This document shows, one piece after another, positions 24,030-36,960 of a stretch of DNA of 64,000 nucleotides. A program made the position numbers and the translations under genes. Source of the DNA: Ylistrum balloti (taxonomy: Eukaryota); assembly GCF_031769215.1 (NCBI RefSeq), contig NW_026782588.1, positions 372,001 through 436,000 of the forward strand, in the 5' to 3' direction. Positions within the stretch are counted from its first letter, which is position 1. Each line of letters opens with the position of its first letter. Below the pieces are notes generated by a model, which was not told the origin of the DNA, did no database searches, and saw only the letters and a list, made by a program, of their open reading frames with translations.

Positions 24030-25625
24030 GATGTGAAGTGAACTTATGATTTATGTTTAAAAGCAGTCAGCTCTAGGTTTTTCCGTCATCTACATGAATC
24101 CGAGCATTGGTATAGAACCTATCCTGTGTTACTCTATGAATACAAAACGCAATAACGTTATCAATAAATATGTACCTGAAAACACATTTTTCAAATTTTC
24201 AACTATCTTAGCCCTATCAAGTCAACTGAAATATTCACAGAAGACAGATTAAACTGATAAGGGGACGTTTCAGGTGTTGACAGCGTTGATCCTCTATCAA
24301 CCCTGCGATGAAAATAAATTACTTTAGCAAACGTGTTTGTGTGTGTTTGTATGTGAGGTTATATTAGAGACGGTATGTATATTAATGCATGGCATGCACA
24401 TACATGTTCAAATATATTCCATGTCGTTTTCATTATTACAATCATTGCATCTATGTTCAATGTAATCAAAATATCATTTTTTCGATGTAACTTAATGAAA
24501 ATACACATTAATTTCACCCTGTTTAATAATTCATTCAATACCGCAAACATTCTTACTTCTATGCAATGAAATTTCATCACTTTGTCTGTGCGTTTGGAAA
24601 ATAAGCGCAATGATGAAATAGCACATCTACAATGATTGCTATCAACAAGATGATATTTTCTGGAAATACTTTCAGCGGGAAAAGCGCTAAAGAAACTACC
24701 ACTGAAATATGCATGTTCACGTAATAGGTTTGAAACGTAAACATGCCACATTAGGTGACAAGAAATATTCATGTCTGATGACACAATGTATTTTTCACTC
24801 CGAACGATCAAGGTGCCCTTCATCGCATGATAATTAATCGATATATGCAAGCCAAATATTTCCCCATTTTTTTATAGTTATTGTTTTAAATTACCATTAG
24901 TTTGAAGTATTATTCATATGTTAACGTACTTAAAACATTGGAATAATTGCACAGTTCAGCGTATACGCATTTAATCGTCGTTCTTTTCAAATTGATCGGA
25001 TACGACAAAAAAAATGTTATCTGATTAATGTAAGGCTAGTTAACCTTTTCATCTAGTCATCTAGATTCTAAGATTCCTGTCGACCAATATTAATTGTCTT
25101 CGGTCCCCTCCTCAGTATCAATATTTTTAGGCACTAAGTACCATCGAAGAATTCTAAAGGACAACACAATGGCAGTTTACTTTATATTTATTGTTTCATT
25201 TTTGTATATATTGTAAGATATTTAGATTCTTTATGTTGGTGAAGTCTGGTTATATTCACATTGTTGAATGACAGCGATCCACACAGGCCAGTTGTATATA
25301 TATAATCGTAAACAGAAATTAAATTACTAAAAAGTGAATCCCGACAGACTCGCCATAAGATGGCGCTTCCAATCATTATCAAGTGGTCAAAGCTAGATGG
25401 ATATATATATATTTGCATCGAGAAATGGAGAGAAAACAATCTGCATAAATGGATATGTCTGATGAAGAAATTTTATACAATTTCTACTGTATATTACCAG
25501 TACTTACAGTAATGGAACCACAGTACCGAAGTCAAAGCAGCGAATCACAAAGTTGTCATTTCAAAATGCTTTGCAACTTAAAAAATAACATGAACTTCGG
25601 CTATTTGTGGAAGGATCAACTCTAT

Positions 25626-26846
25626 TCAAATGTTATCAATTCTAGTAGTGTTTTCTGTTATGCAATCCTGTGTAAACATAGACACCATGTTTTCTGGAGT
25701 CAGACCATGCGAGGTTACCATATATGGTCCCTTATATACACAGCTGTCTAATGGCACAAGAACAGGGTTAAATCCCTGTAGACTCGTCAGTGTATAACTA
25801 AGCTGTTCAATACATAACGATATATATACATCCTCAAGGTAAAAAAATGGCACGTCTTTTGATATAGTATAGACTTTTCTCATTGTAGTCATACTAGTAA
25901 CGTACCCTGTTCCTGAACAGTATCCTGGGTACACCGACCTCGGGTACTGACGAAATGACGCATACCATTTAAATCTGCTATCTCGGACAGGTAACGCAAC
26001 GTGTTTACAATATCCTCCAACAGAATTCTCAAGTTGTTTTTCATGATTTTTCACGCTTTCTAACAAATTCCGAACATTGACATATACGTCGTCATCAGTT
26101 TTCATCACAAATTTGGCAGAAGAACAAAACAAATTAGCCCACTTAAATCCCATTAATGTTTTTAGTGTCAGATTATTGTAGCTGTCGATGAAATCCTCTT
26201 GCACGATATCCTTATATTTAGCAAACTCTCGAGTTATATCCTGTTTCAATGGCTTGTTAGACTGGGAACCCAGCAGGAAGACGTACCTTACGTTTGATGT
26301 ATTGTTTTTAGAAATGTTTAGCCATGTCCTTCGAATTACCTCTCTTTTGTGTCGATTACCAGGTGTTGTCGAGATTAAAATAACAACGTCTATGTCGGAA
26401 GTTTGTTTCACACTGCATATGTCTTTGTTGACATGAATAAAGTTAAAGTTATGAAGGAAACAGTTTGAGCAGTTATCAAGACGGGCGAGAGGGTCGAAGG
26501 TAGTTGTTGGCTCGGCACTCGTGCTCGGTGTTGTTGTTGCTGTCAAATTTGCTGTTAAAGAAGACATCGGTGTTTGTTTTTCTGATGATGACGATGGCGA
26601 CGGCAACGCTGACGATTCTATCGATGTTGTTCGTGCGTTGTTAAAATTCATGTGACCAATAAGGTTTAACTCGGTTGTATTCCTCATATTGAATAACATC
26701 CTAGAGTTATCCCTCAGTCGGGTTTTTGTGCTATGTCTTAAGAGGAGTTCCGAGTGTTTCTTCTTGTTCGTTCTATTTAACCAAATATACACCAGCACAC
26801 ATGCGAACAATGGTAGTATCATCTTTAGTAGATATCTCTTAGCCAT
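25626..26846 (-). CDS. B3GALT: Beta-1,3-galactosyltransferase-like (GT31), copy 6, 406 aa (5'-most copy)
   Basis: Same GT31 motifs. Long stem, with C-terminal residues shared with copy 4. Confidence 0.93.
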   Translation of the reverse strand: MAKRYLLKMILPLFACVLVYIWLNRTNKKKHSELLLRHSTKTRLRDNSRMLFNMRNTTELNLIGHMNFNNARTTSIESSALPSPSSSSEKQTPMSSLTANLTATTTPSTSAEPTTTFDPLARLDNCSNCFLHNFNFIHVNKDICSVKQTSDIDVVILISTTPGNRHKREVIRRTWLNISKNNTSNVRYVFLLGSQSNKPLKQDITREFAKYKDIVQEDFIDSYNNLTLKTLMGFKWANLFCSSAKFVMKTDDDVYVNVRNLLESVKNHEKQLENSVGGYCKHVALPVRDSRFKWYASFRQYPRSVYPGYCSGTGYVTSMTTMRKVYTISKDVPFFYLEDVYISLCIEQLSYTLTSLQGFNPVLVPLDSCVYKGPYMVTSHGLTPENMVSMFTQDCITENTTRIDNI

Positions 26847-26992
26847 GATGTGAAGTGAACTTATGATTTATGTTTAAAAGCAGTCAGCTCTAGGTTTTTC
26901 CGTCATCTACATGAATCCGAGCATTGGTATAGAACCTATCCTGTGTTACTCTATGAATACAAAGCGCAATAACGTTATCAGTAAATATGTAC

Positions 26993-27405
26993 ACACGTTT
27001 TTTAATCAAGTTTCTTTATCTAATCAAGTGAAATATGAACAGGAAAAAAAATCACTGATAAGGGGACATGTCAGGTTGTGGGTGTTCATCCTCTATTTTT
27101 ATTGCAATTTGTTTGGGTGTGATTGCATGTGAATTCATTGCAAGTATATACATGTTCATAATGCACATGTTTTCAATGTCATCAATATATAATATTTTAC
27201 AAAGTAACTAAGTTAGAATACACATTAATTTCCCACTGTTAAATATTCCATTTATTACCGCAAACCTCTTTATTATGTGTAATTAAATTTCAACACTTCG
27301 TCAGTGCATTTGACAAATTAGCTCAATGATGAAATAACGCATTCACAATGCTATCAACACAAATATATTTTTTATCAAAATTTTCAGCGGGAAAATCGCT
27401 AATTA
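26993..27405. other. Diverged paralog of the array spacer (upstream region of copy 6)
   Basis: Colinear, diverged match to 14545-15060, with shared blocks CTGATAAGGGGAC, ATACACATTAATTTC, ATACCGCAAAC/TTACCGCAAAC, CAATGATGAAATA and TTTCAGCGGGAAAA. Confidence 0.8.
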
Positions 27406-30400
27406 ATGTTCGAAATGAAGATGAAGACCATTGTCGTTTTATCAATATATTCAAGGAGCGGAAAGAGAGTTTACGACTTCACTCCGACTAAGTTTAAACG
27501 AATATGTCCGATGTTGAACGTAGAAATCTGACCAATCTGATTTAGTTATTTTAGACTTTTGGCATCACCCATCGTGCAACCAGAAACACAAGGAAGAATA
27601 AAAAAAAATCATAACTGAAAAAAAGTCCTTCAACGTTAGGATTTACCAATAAATCACTAATGACGAGATGGTCATTTAACAGTTGTGGGATTTGTCAAAA
27701 TAAAAATCAATTTTCACGAATATCCAAGTGAAATTTTTTTTAATTGCGTATTCCTATTATCAAAGTAATCGTTAGCTCTCGATGATCAATTATATCCTTC
27801 TGTAGTAGACGACGTTGTAATTGAAACAGTCATCGCCGGACGCTTTTTATCTACACAGACAGATACGGCCTTTTGTAATTGATAATCAGAATTATTTACT
27901 CGAAAAATGTGGTGGGATCGTGAAGTCTTCCATTATGATAATGGCAAAATTATGAAGGATATATACGATAAGAGATACACTGATTTCAGGCTTGAATTAT
28001 TCCGTAACTTGGTTTTATTTCAGAATGTAATTTATTTTCATTTTCTCTTATCATTTCTGGTTTTTGTCGAGACCGGTTTTTGTGTTCCTCGGTTACCGTC
28101 TTCGTTTCTGAAATTTCACTTTCGGACGTGGTGGTTGTACATGGTGCAGATTGATACATTATTTGGCAGAGCTATTCACTTGTGTGTCTCTCGAACAATC
28201 GTACAATACCAAAGTCGTTTCCCAAGGAAATCTTTTTTTATTGTTTTTGTGAAGTTTCTTATTCTTCTTCTTTTATTTCCGTATTTTGTGGCGTCTCTAC
28301 TTTTAGATGAGTGAAAGAAAGGTTTACGGTTTTGTTAGTATGTTTTAATGAAGGCCTGAAGGTGCTACAGGAACATTTTCAAATAGGTTAAACATCCAAC
28401 ATGACGTCACAAACTAAAATAATATTAAAACAGCTGTAAATTAAAAATCATTCGTTGTAGAGAGTTTGTGCAATTAAATTATTTGTAGAGAATTTCCTTA
28501 TTTATTTTTTTGTCATGACATGTTATTAGAAAATATGCTGAACAAAAATGTTCGCTGTTGGGTCAAAGGTCACAAATTTTTGAAAATTTTCATTTTTCAA
28601 GATTTTTGAAAAATTCTTCCATCAATCAATGCACAATGATTATCTTATGAATTTGATGTCTCCACTTTTTCCGTAACCGTTTTACGCCATTTTGAAGATT
28701 TCCGTTGATCTTTTAAAAATGCCGACAAAAAGTTCGAATTAAAATTATTCCAAGATCTTAAATAAAAATCTTATTTAATTGGTATGAAAAAGTTTCCCCA
28801 TGTGTATTTTACCAATTGAGGAAATTTTGAACCCGGTTTGAAAAACAAAATTACCGCCATGACCGGCTTAATGTATTGAATTTAACTTTGGATATGTGAT
28901 GTAGAATTAAATATCAATAACATTTCTCTTGAAACTTATTTCTATAAAATGACAACTTCCGGTTTCGGTTAAAGGTCAAAGATCGAATGTGCAATTTTCA
29001 GAGCTAAATTTTGAAAAAACTTCTTAATAACCAAATGACCCAGGGTTTCGTTGTTGTGTCTGCAGCATGCCAGGATAAAGGACCAAGTTTGTTAATATGA
29101 TTGACTTTGACCTACTTTTAAGGTCACTGAGGTCAAATATGTTAAAGATTTTATAAGACATTTTCGTATTAAATGAAATGTTCAAAGTATTGATATTTGT
29201 CAAGCAACTTGCTGAAAAGCTACTAAATGCATGCATTAGAATTGCCGTACTGGCTGAACTTCCGGTTTTTCGAAGAGGTCAAATTTCAGAAGTGCTATTT
29301 TTGGTAACAAAAAAAAATTCTTCTCAATAACCAAATGGCCCTGACCCAATTTCAATGTCACTGGGGTCAATTATGTTAAGATTGTAAAAAGGCTTTTTCT
29401 CAATAAAGTAACCACCAGAGCGTTGACATTTGGAAACAATTTAGGTGAAAAGCCCGTTAAATGGTTTCAAACAATTTCTAGTTTTTATTATCATTTTTTT
29501 TTTTTTTTTTTTTGTTAAATTATAATTATGCTGTTTGGTTTTACACTGGGTAACGTTCTATAAAAAGTTATGGCCATTTAAGAACGGCTTTTCCATATAT
29601 GTGGGGTGCAAACACATGTTTATTGGATGATGCAATATGTTCGTGTATGTCGCATCCCTGCGATGGCGGGGAACTGCATGATGCCGACATTATAGTAGTA
29701 CCACGTGTATACTGCAAAAGGTACCTAGCATACCAGTCTGTAGGGTTACATTACACAGATAACAGGCAAACCAGTCTTAGAAGTAAAATATGGCTGAGAG
29801 TAAGCAGTGAGTTGTAACTACCATCGTTATGTGTTGGGAACAAAAAGCCTTTCTCAACAGGGGCAAACGCTCAAATAAAGGCTAAAACTGGGGAAGTCTC
29901 AAGGGAGACATCGGATAGAAAATTGTTCTTTGAAAACAAACCAAAGATCACAGAACTCAAATTCAGTCACCATTTACAAATCGTGCAATGAGGACATGTA
30001 AAGTTTGAACAATTTGTCCGCCTTTACATTTATGTCACTGGAAAATTATGATAGACTGCTATATTCTACTGTAGCTGTATTCAAGGCTTTCTTTGATATG
30101 ATGCCGGATTTTATGCCATGCATGGTATGTCAGCTTCATAAAGATTTAATTTATTTATCTATGCTCATAGTGTTCAGTTTAAGGAAGATCCAGAATGTAT
30201 ACCTTTTTGATGAACACAATACGATCCCTGTCTAGAAGAATAAACACAGTTATTAGATAAACATCCTACTATCAGTGTACCTAGTAATAAAATCCATTTC
30301 ACCATTTGTTGATGTAAAAGTTTATATGGCCTAGCGGAACTGGCTGAAAGTTCCCATCGTGACTTCAACAAATCCATAGTGTCATATGCGACGTCAACAA

Positions 30401-31066
30401 GTGATGAAAAGTGAGGATTGTCATAGTACCAATCAGCGTAATAAATACAATCACGAATGTTACTACAATGTCTAAGTTATGAGATTAAACAATATCCTGC
30501 ATTCGTTTCCATTTGAGAATAGAAAAAGAACCAAATGGAGGTTTATACTTATACTCCAGTCACATATGGCTTACGGCGAGTTTAAGGCGCCTTTGCGGCG
30601 ACCGTAAGCCCCAAATCTTACGATGGCCGTACGGTCACCTTACGGTAAACTCACGATTTTTGCTCGCCGCAAACTCACCGGAAATTCGCCGTAATGCTTG
30701 CGATTTTATTCAACTCCGCGTTAATTTTTTCCCCAAAAACCCTAACGCCGCAAAGACGCCGTAGACCGCAAAGACGCCGCGTCTACAACCCAATGTCACC
30801 GTACGGTGTCCATAAAGTGACTTACGGTTTTTCACCCGTCCCTGGTTCTTATAAATCGTACGATCATTGCACGGTCACCGTACGGCCACCGTACGATTTT
30901 TAAAAACTCGTACGGTTACCTTACGTTGATCTTGCGGTATCCGTATGGTGGCCGTACGATGTTAAAGATATCGTGCGGCGACAGTACGGCGACCGTGCGG
31001 TCACCGTAAGGCACAGTTAGAATATTAGCGATAAGAATTCGATTTGTTTCTGGAATCTTCTGGAAA

Positions 31067-31984
31067 ATGGCGTTGATGCTACCACAGCGGCTACAACTGG
31101 AGCGCTTGAGGTAACAACTGAGGCAGAACCAACGGCAACGGTAAACTGTTATTGCAGCTATAGTTGTATTGGAACACCAGCGGGTCCGTCGGGAAGACGA
31201 ACGGTTTGGGTAAAACCCTGGCGTACCACCCTAGGACACTATGATACGTTAATGCAGGAGCTCATGAGGGAATCTCGGGAGATTTCATGTCCTACCCTCA
31301 TTGCTAAGGAGCCATAGACGGCAAACACATCGCCATCAAGAAGCCACGACATTCCGGTACCGCATATGGTAACTAAGGGTTTTTTCTCCATTGTGCTCTT
31401 GGGGCTTGTCGACGCAGACTATAAGTTTTTGTGGGTGAACGTTGGTGCGAAATAATCCATGTCTGATGCTGGTGTCTTCAATGAGTCAACCCTGGAACCT
31501 GCTCTTCGACAGAAAACCCTTGGCCTTCCACCCCCAGAGCGTCTACCCAATGATAACGATATTTCACCATATTTTATTGTTGGAGATGACGCCTTTCCTC
31601 TGCGTACATACCTCATGAAACCATACTCCCACCATTACCTTGAGCACGACGAAAGAGTCTTCAATTATCGTACATCCCGTGGCAGGAGGGTGGTCGAAAA
31701 CCCATTTGGGATACCTGCCATGCGCTTCCGATGTCTGTTGACGCATTTGCAGACCACACCCGAGAACGCTATTTTGATTACGAAAGCATGCGTCGTTCTA
31801 CATCAGATAATGTGACAGAGATTCCCAAACCTCCAGAATGCATACCTAGACCAAGAAGCAATCGACGGGCAGATAACACCAGGTGCATTGAGAGACCAAG
31901 CGATGATGCAAGAAATGGAAATCGGACGTGCTCCCCGTGAAACCCGAGAAGGAAAGCTCCTCCGTACAGCACTCAAGTACTACA
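31067..31984 (+). pseudogene. Harbinger (HARBI1-like DDE) transposase remnant with stops, frameshifts and a large internal deletion
   Basis: Recognisable segments RRTVWVKPW..LGHYDTLMQEL, GFFSIVLLGLVDADYKFLWVNVG, SDAGVF, FIVGDDAFPLRTYLMKPY, ERVFNYRTSRGRRVVENPFGI and KACVVLH. Confidence 0.9.
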
Positions 31985-32085
31985 ATTGCTTTGTCTTCTC
32001 TAAAAGCATCCCGGTCTTCAGTCTGTCTCGGCTCTGTCACAACAACCTTTTTCGTTTTCTTTGCTTCGGATCCTTTAGGTGGCAT
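31985..32085 (-). pseudogene. Probable N-terminal stub of the Harbinger second (Myb/SANT-type) ORF, convergent with the transposase
   Basis: Lys-rich start MPPKGSEAKKTKKVVVTEPRQ. Position and orientation match the two-ORF Harbinger layout, but the Myb domain itself is absent. Confidence 0.5.
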
Positions 32086-32571
32086 CTTTAAGCTAAGGAC
32101 GATAATGGTCTATAAACACAGAGACAATGATATATAACCATAATGCCATAAACAACGCTAGACTTACGGCGATCATACGGCGACCGTACGGCGATCTTAC
32201 GGTGCCCTTATGTAGAACAAAAAACCGTGAGGGAACCTTACGATTGCCTTACGGTCACCGTAATGTCTCCTTGCGGTCACCGTAAGGTCACCTATTGGTA
32301 CCGTAACGGTAACCTAACGGGACTTCATACCATGACTTTTACGATTGCCGTACGGTCTCCGCAACATTTGTGAACCCATCGCAAGCCCGCAACGCCGTAC
32401 GATTTGCAAAAATCGCATCTACAAACCGCTTACCGCAAAACCGTACGGCGACCACATCATATGTGACTCAGGCATTAGGTTGAACAAAAGATACACAGTG
32501 TATAGTGCCATATGATACAAACTTAGAATTCGATACAATACAACTGAACAATGAATTTTACTGCATCATGT

Positions 32572-33152
32572 ATCTGTTTCGTCCTTCAAGGACTCGTCAG
32601 TGATTCTACAATATACTGTTCCGTCCTTCTAGGACTCGTCTGTGATTCTACATCATACTTCTGTTCCGTCCTTCTAGGACTCGTCAGTGATGCTACATCA
32701 TACATCTGTTTCGTCCTTCTAGGACTCGTTAGTGATTCTACATCATACATCTGTTTCGTCCTTCTAGAACTCGTCAGTGATTCTACATCATACATCTGTT
32801 GCGTCCCTCTAGGACTCGTTAATGATTCTACATCATACATCTGTTTCGTCCTTCTGGGACTCGTCAGTAATTCTACATCATACATCTGTTCCGTCCTTCT
32901 AGAACTCGTCAGTGATTCTACATCATACATCTGTTTCGTCCTTCTAGGACTCGTCAGTGTTGCTACATCATACAGCTGTTTCATCCTTCTAGGACTCGTC
33001 AGTGTTGCTACATCATACATCTGTTCCGTCCTTCTAGGACTCGTTAGTGATTCTACATCATACATCTGTTCCGTCCTTCTAGGACTCGTCAGTGATTCTA
33101 CATCATACATCTGTTCCGTCCTTCTAGGACTCGTCAGTGATTCTACATCATA
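32572..33152. repeat. 45-bp minisatellite (CTGTTTCGTCCTTCTAGGACTCGTCAGTGATTCTACATCATACAT), ~13 copies
   Basis: Direct periodicity; 15-aa period in both repeat-derived ORFs. Confidence 0.95.
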
Positions 33153-34800
33153 CAGAAGTAGATGAAGTAAATATTTTAACGGTCAGATCCAATCTTGTTT
33201 ACTTGAGGCTGCAGAGAGGTCGATTAAAAGAAGTTCATTTAAGAAATATTTGAAACCATACTGGAACAAAGAATTATCACTTCTCCATAGTGAGAGGGTT
33301 TCCGAAAGGTCAACTTGAACCGCATCGGGTCGACCAAGAGGCGAAAGTAATTTGCTTAAAAGTTACAAGTCTATCAAAACCATATTTAGATGATTTCTTC
33401 GTCGCGCATTTGATGTTTATTTGAAGGAACAATTCGACCAAGAATTCTTATGGAAACTTTTTACAGAATCTTTCTCGAAACGCTGGGTATTGCCAAACAG
33501 AGATGACGTATAATGGTATTACTATACATGAACCAGGGCAAATTGTGGAAGCCCGAGGTAAACACTTCAGTACATTTTTTGATAATGATAACTCTTTTGC
33601 GTCATTTGACGACAATTTTGCTCAAAATGTATTTCTCGAGATTAGTGAAATCCAAAATGGTATTCATATAGAAAAAGATACGTTTTTATCTGATATTTTT
33701 AGTGTTGATGAAATATGACGTGTTTGTAAGAAACTTAAAAGCAACAAAGCTGTTGGTTGTGATAATTTGGTTTATGAACATATCAGATATGGAGGAGATA
33801 ACTTACTCACTTACGTAACTAAATTATTCAATTTAATTATTAAGTATGAACAAATACCAAAAGCTTGGAATACGGGTACAAGTTTTACTTTGTATAACGG
33901 TAATGGGAAACCCAGAAATGACCCCAACAGTTATAGAGGTATAACTTTGATACCAGTTTTCTTCAAAATTTTCGAGTCAGTTCTTCTGGCTCAAAGAATG
34001 GATTCCTTGTTACACTCTAATACGTTTCCTATTAGACAACAATCTACATACCAGAAGAACATATGTAGTATGTGTACTTCTTTTAATCTTCAAGAATGTG
34101 ACAGATATAATTTAGTGTACAATTCTAATTCATGTGTTGCTTTTCTGGACAGCAATAAAGCCTTTGATACCGTTTGGCAGAACAGGTTGCTTCTTAAGTT
34201 GTATAACATTGGGTTTAGAGGTAAAATCTGGACTATATTAAAGAACATGTACACTGGCTTCGTTAGCCATGTTACTTTTAAAGGTCATCTGTCATCTCCT
34301 GTAATATGAAACGGGAAACCTTACAAGGTGGATCATTATCTGCTAAAATGTATTTGGTCTTCATCAATGACTTATTGAACGATGTAGAATCATTATGGTA
34401 CAATTGTGGTTAATTCTTAATTTAACATCCCAACACAGGCTGATGACATATGCTTAGTGTATGGGATTACAGCATATGGTTTCAGTTTGCAAAAAATATA
34501 ATTATAAATGGAAATTTTCATTTTCTGTTAATAAAAGTAAAATTGTTGTACTTACCAATAGCAGGAAACAAGCTTTGCCGAAAAATGTGTTTTATATGGA
34601 AAAGCATTGCCAGTTGTTGAAAACATTACTCATGTTGGAGTTTTACTGAATTTCAAGTTTTGTTCATATGACAAGACTGATATCGCTTGTAAAAGGACAA
34701 GTATACTAACCTTGTCAATTGATACTTGATACTTTACGGTAACAAATTCGCTACTTAATTTGCGTCAATCAATTGTACATATGGACTTTATGAATCTTCA
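33153..34800 (+). mobile_element. Decayed non-LTR retrotransposon (LINE) ORF2 / reverse transcriptase fragment
   Basis: KSNKAVGCDNLVYEHI, DPNSYRGITLIPVFFKIFESV, AFLDSNKAFDTVW, LQGGSLSAKMYLVFINDL and QADDICL (YADD-equivalent), broken by stops and frameshifts. Clade not assignable by eye. Confidence 0.88.
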
Positions 34801-36079
34801 TTTTGGAGGAAATAAAGGAATAAAAATGTGCTAAATCTGACTACTCGTGAGCGTGTATTAGATAGCATGGATAGAATAGCGAGACGATGATTGAAATGAT
34901 TACAGGTTTAAAGCATGTACTTTCTTTTGTATTTAACAATTTTCATCAACATATTAGACGAAACACACACTCGTACGCATCCATATATACACTCAGATAC
35001 ATTAATTCATCCATATATACACTCAGATATATTAAATCATCATCATTTTATGAATTATTATCATCATTATTAAGGCATTAATACGACATCAATCCTCCTC
35101 CTGATTATCATCATTAAAACACACACATTCACACTGACGTTCGTCGGCGAGATGATACCCGGCAACGGAAGGAGTCGTGGAGACGGAAAACCTGTAACTA
35201 TCTAATGAATTAATTAATGATGAAAGAAGAAAAGAAATAATTGGGCTAAGAAAGTGGATAGGGGTTGACGAAGAAGGCATATCTTAGAAATAGGAGGGAG
35301 ACAAATGGATGAAAGATAAAATAGTTAGAAACCAAGTGAAGTATATGCCTGACGACCCTGTCAGAGACTGAGAACTTGTCTGATGAGAAATATAATCTTT
35401 CATTGGGTGGAGTCGTATATGTATGGGTTGGTCTAGAATTTGGAGACTATGGTTCCTATCTCCGTCTCTGGTGTTGAGTGTCTGGACATCCGGTAGTGGA
35501 GGTAGTCCTATCTATGGTGTACTGTCCAAACATCCAGGCTGCTCTAATGCCGGGTCCTAATTTTTAGATTGGGAAATATAGAAGTCCATGGCTAATATGT
35601 TATAATTATATTATCAAGGCCGAATAAAGTTAGGAATTCTTTGGGCTCCTGGGCGCCGTTAAGCGCCTACTCTAATTATCGATAACCGCAAGAGGATCTT
35701 TCATGTGCGAGATTAGACAGTCCTCACACGAGCCACCATTTAGAGTCCCATCCGCCGAACTATTGTTAGTAGTTTGTGGTTAGATAAGTGCATGTGCAGT
35801 TTTAACTAATATGTTGGGGTATTTTTATTCCATCTGGAAACCTTTTCAATCGTGCTGACTAAGTTACTTTGTCACTTTGCAGATGACTAATGTTCTTTTT
35901 GTGATTTGTGTGCACGAGCTGGTTTAAAAGTGTTATGAAGTGTTGCGGTCAAATGAGTTACGTAGAATAAGTAATTGTTATGATAGGTCGGGACTATTTA
36001 AGATAGGTTTAAGTTTTGAAATTGTGAGAGTCTCTACGCCGGAATGATGGTTGGGTTATGTTTAGGGCTATGTGTTTAG

Positions 36080-36960
36080 AAGGAGGAGCTGGATATTAAT
36101 AAAGCTGTTGCTAATGTTGATATTGAGGTTATTGAATATCACAAACATCTTAGTATATTCCTGAGTGCAATCTGTAAATGGACTTTTCGTATTGGTGACA
36201 TTTCTAAAAGTGTTAGTAAGCAAATAGGAATACTTCGAAAGTTAAAATTTAACTTAAATCGCAAAACTTTAACAGTACCGTTGCAAATTATGCGCGTATA
36301 GTTACTGATCTACCTTCACTCAGTAGTCGGGAATCTCTCTATTTTTGAAACTGGTTGGGAAACTTCATCTCAACGACGTACCCACCGCTGACTTCAGCTC
36401 TTCTATAAAATACATAACTACATGACCACTTCTTACCTAAAAGACATTCTCCCTCTAGTATCTAACTCCTTATAAATTAAGAAACTCTGAGAACTATTCA
36501 ATTCAAATCAAATTTTCGTTTACAGTCATCGCTGAACTCATTAATCCCTTCACCATCAGGTCATGGAATTCACTTAACTCAAATACAAAAAATGCAACTT
36601 CCTACACAAGTTTGAAAAAAAAATGCCTTCAAAACCAAAACGAATTTTCTAAAGTACTGGATTATTACATAACCGGCGAACGAAAGATCAATATTTACTA
36701 ACCAGATTTCGTCAACATTGTGGCGCTTCACATGATGATCTCTTTAGTATCAATACTATTAATTCTCCAAATTGTGCATACAGTTAATCACATGAAAATG
36801 CTCATGATTTCTTATTCAAATATGACCAAATATTACAGATATTCTGAAACCTTTATAGAGTTTTACCCCTAACTTTACAGAAATTACTATTTGGTAATGA
36901 AACTTACTCGAGTGAAGAATATCAAGAGTCATTTATAAATGCTCAGCAGTCCTGACGCTT
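36080..36960 (+). mobile_element. Degenerate 3' fragment of a CR1/L2-type LINE
   Basis: SKSVSKQIGILRKLKFNLNRKTL, then PFTIRSWNSL and a C-terminal Cys/His-type tail typical of invertebrate CR1-like ORF2; heavily interrupted. Confidence 0.6.

Larger units (their letters stand above)
11800..26992. repeat. Tandem segmental array of the galactosyltransferase unit: long (~2.81 kb) and short (~2.27 kb) units
   Basis: CDS starts at 14395, 16669, 18943, 21215, 24029 and 26846 give spacings of 2274, 2274, 2272, 2814 and 2817 bp. Spacers are near-identical. Confidence 0.97.
30552..32474 (+). mobile_element. Internally deleted PIF/Harbinger DNA transposon (1923 bp)
   Basis: Imperfect 17-bp TIRs (TACTCCAGTCACATATG / reverse complement TGCCTGAGTCACATATG). 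TTA target-site duplication at 30549-30551 and 32475-32477. Many subterminal CCGTACGG/CCGTAAG repeats at both ends, and transposase remnants inside. Confidence 0.92.
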
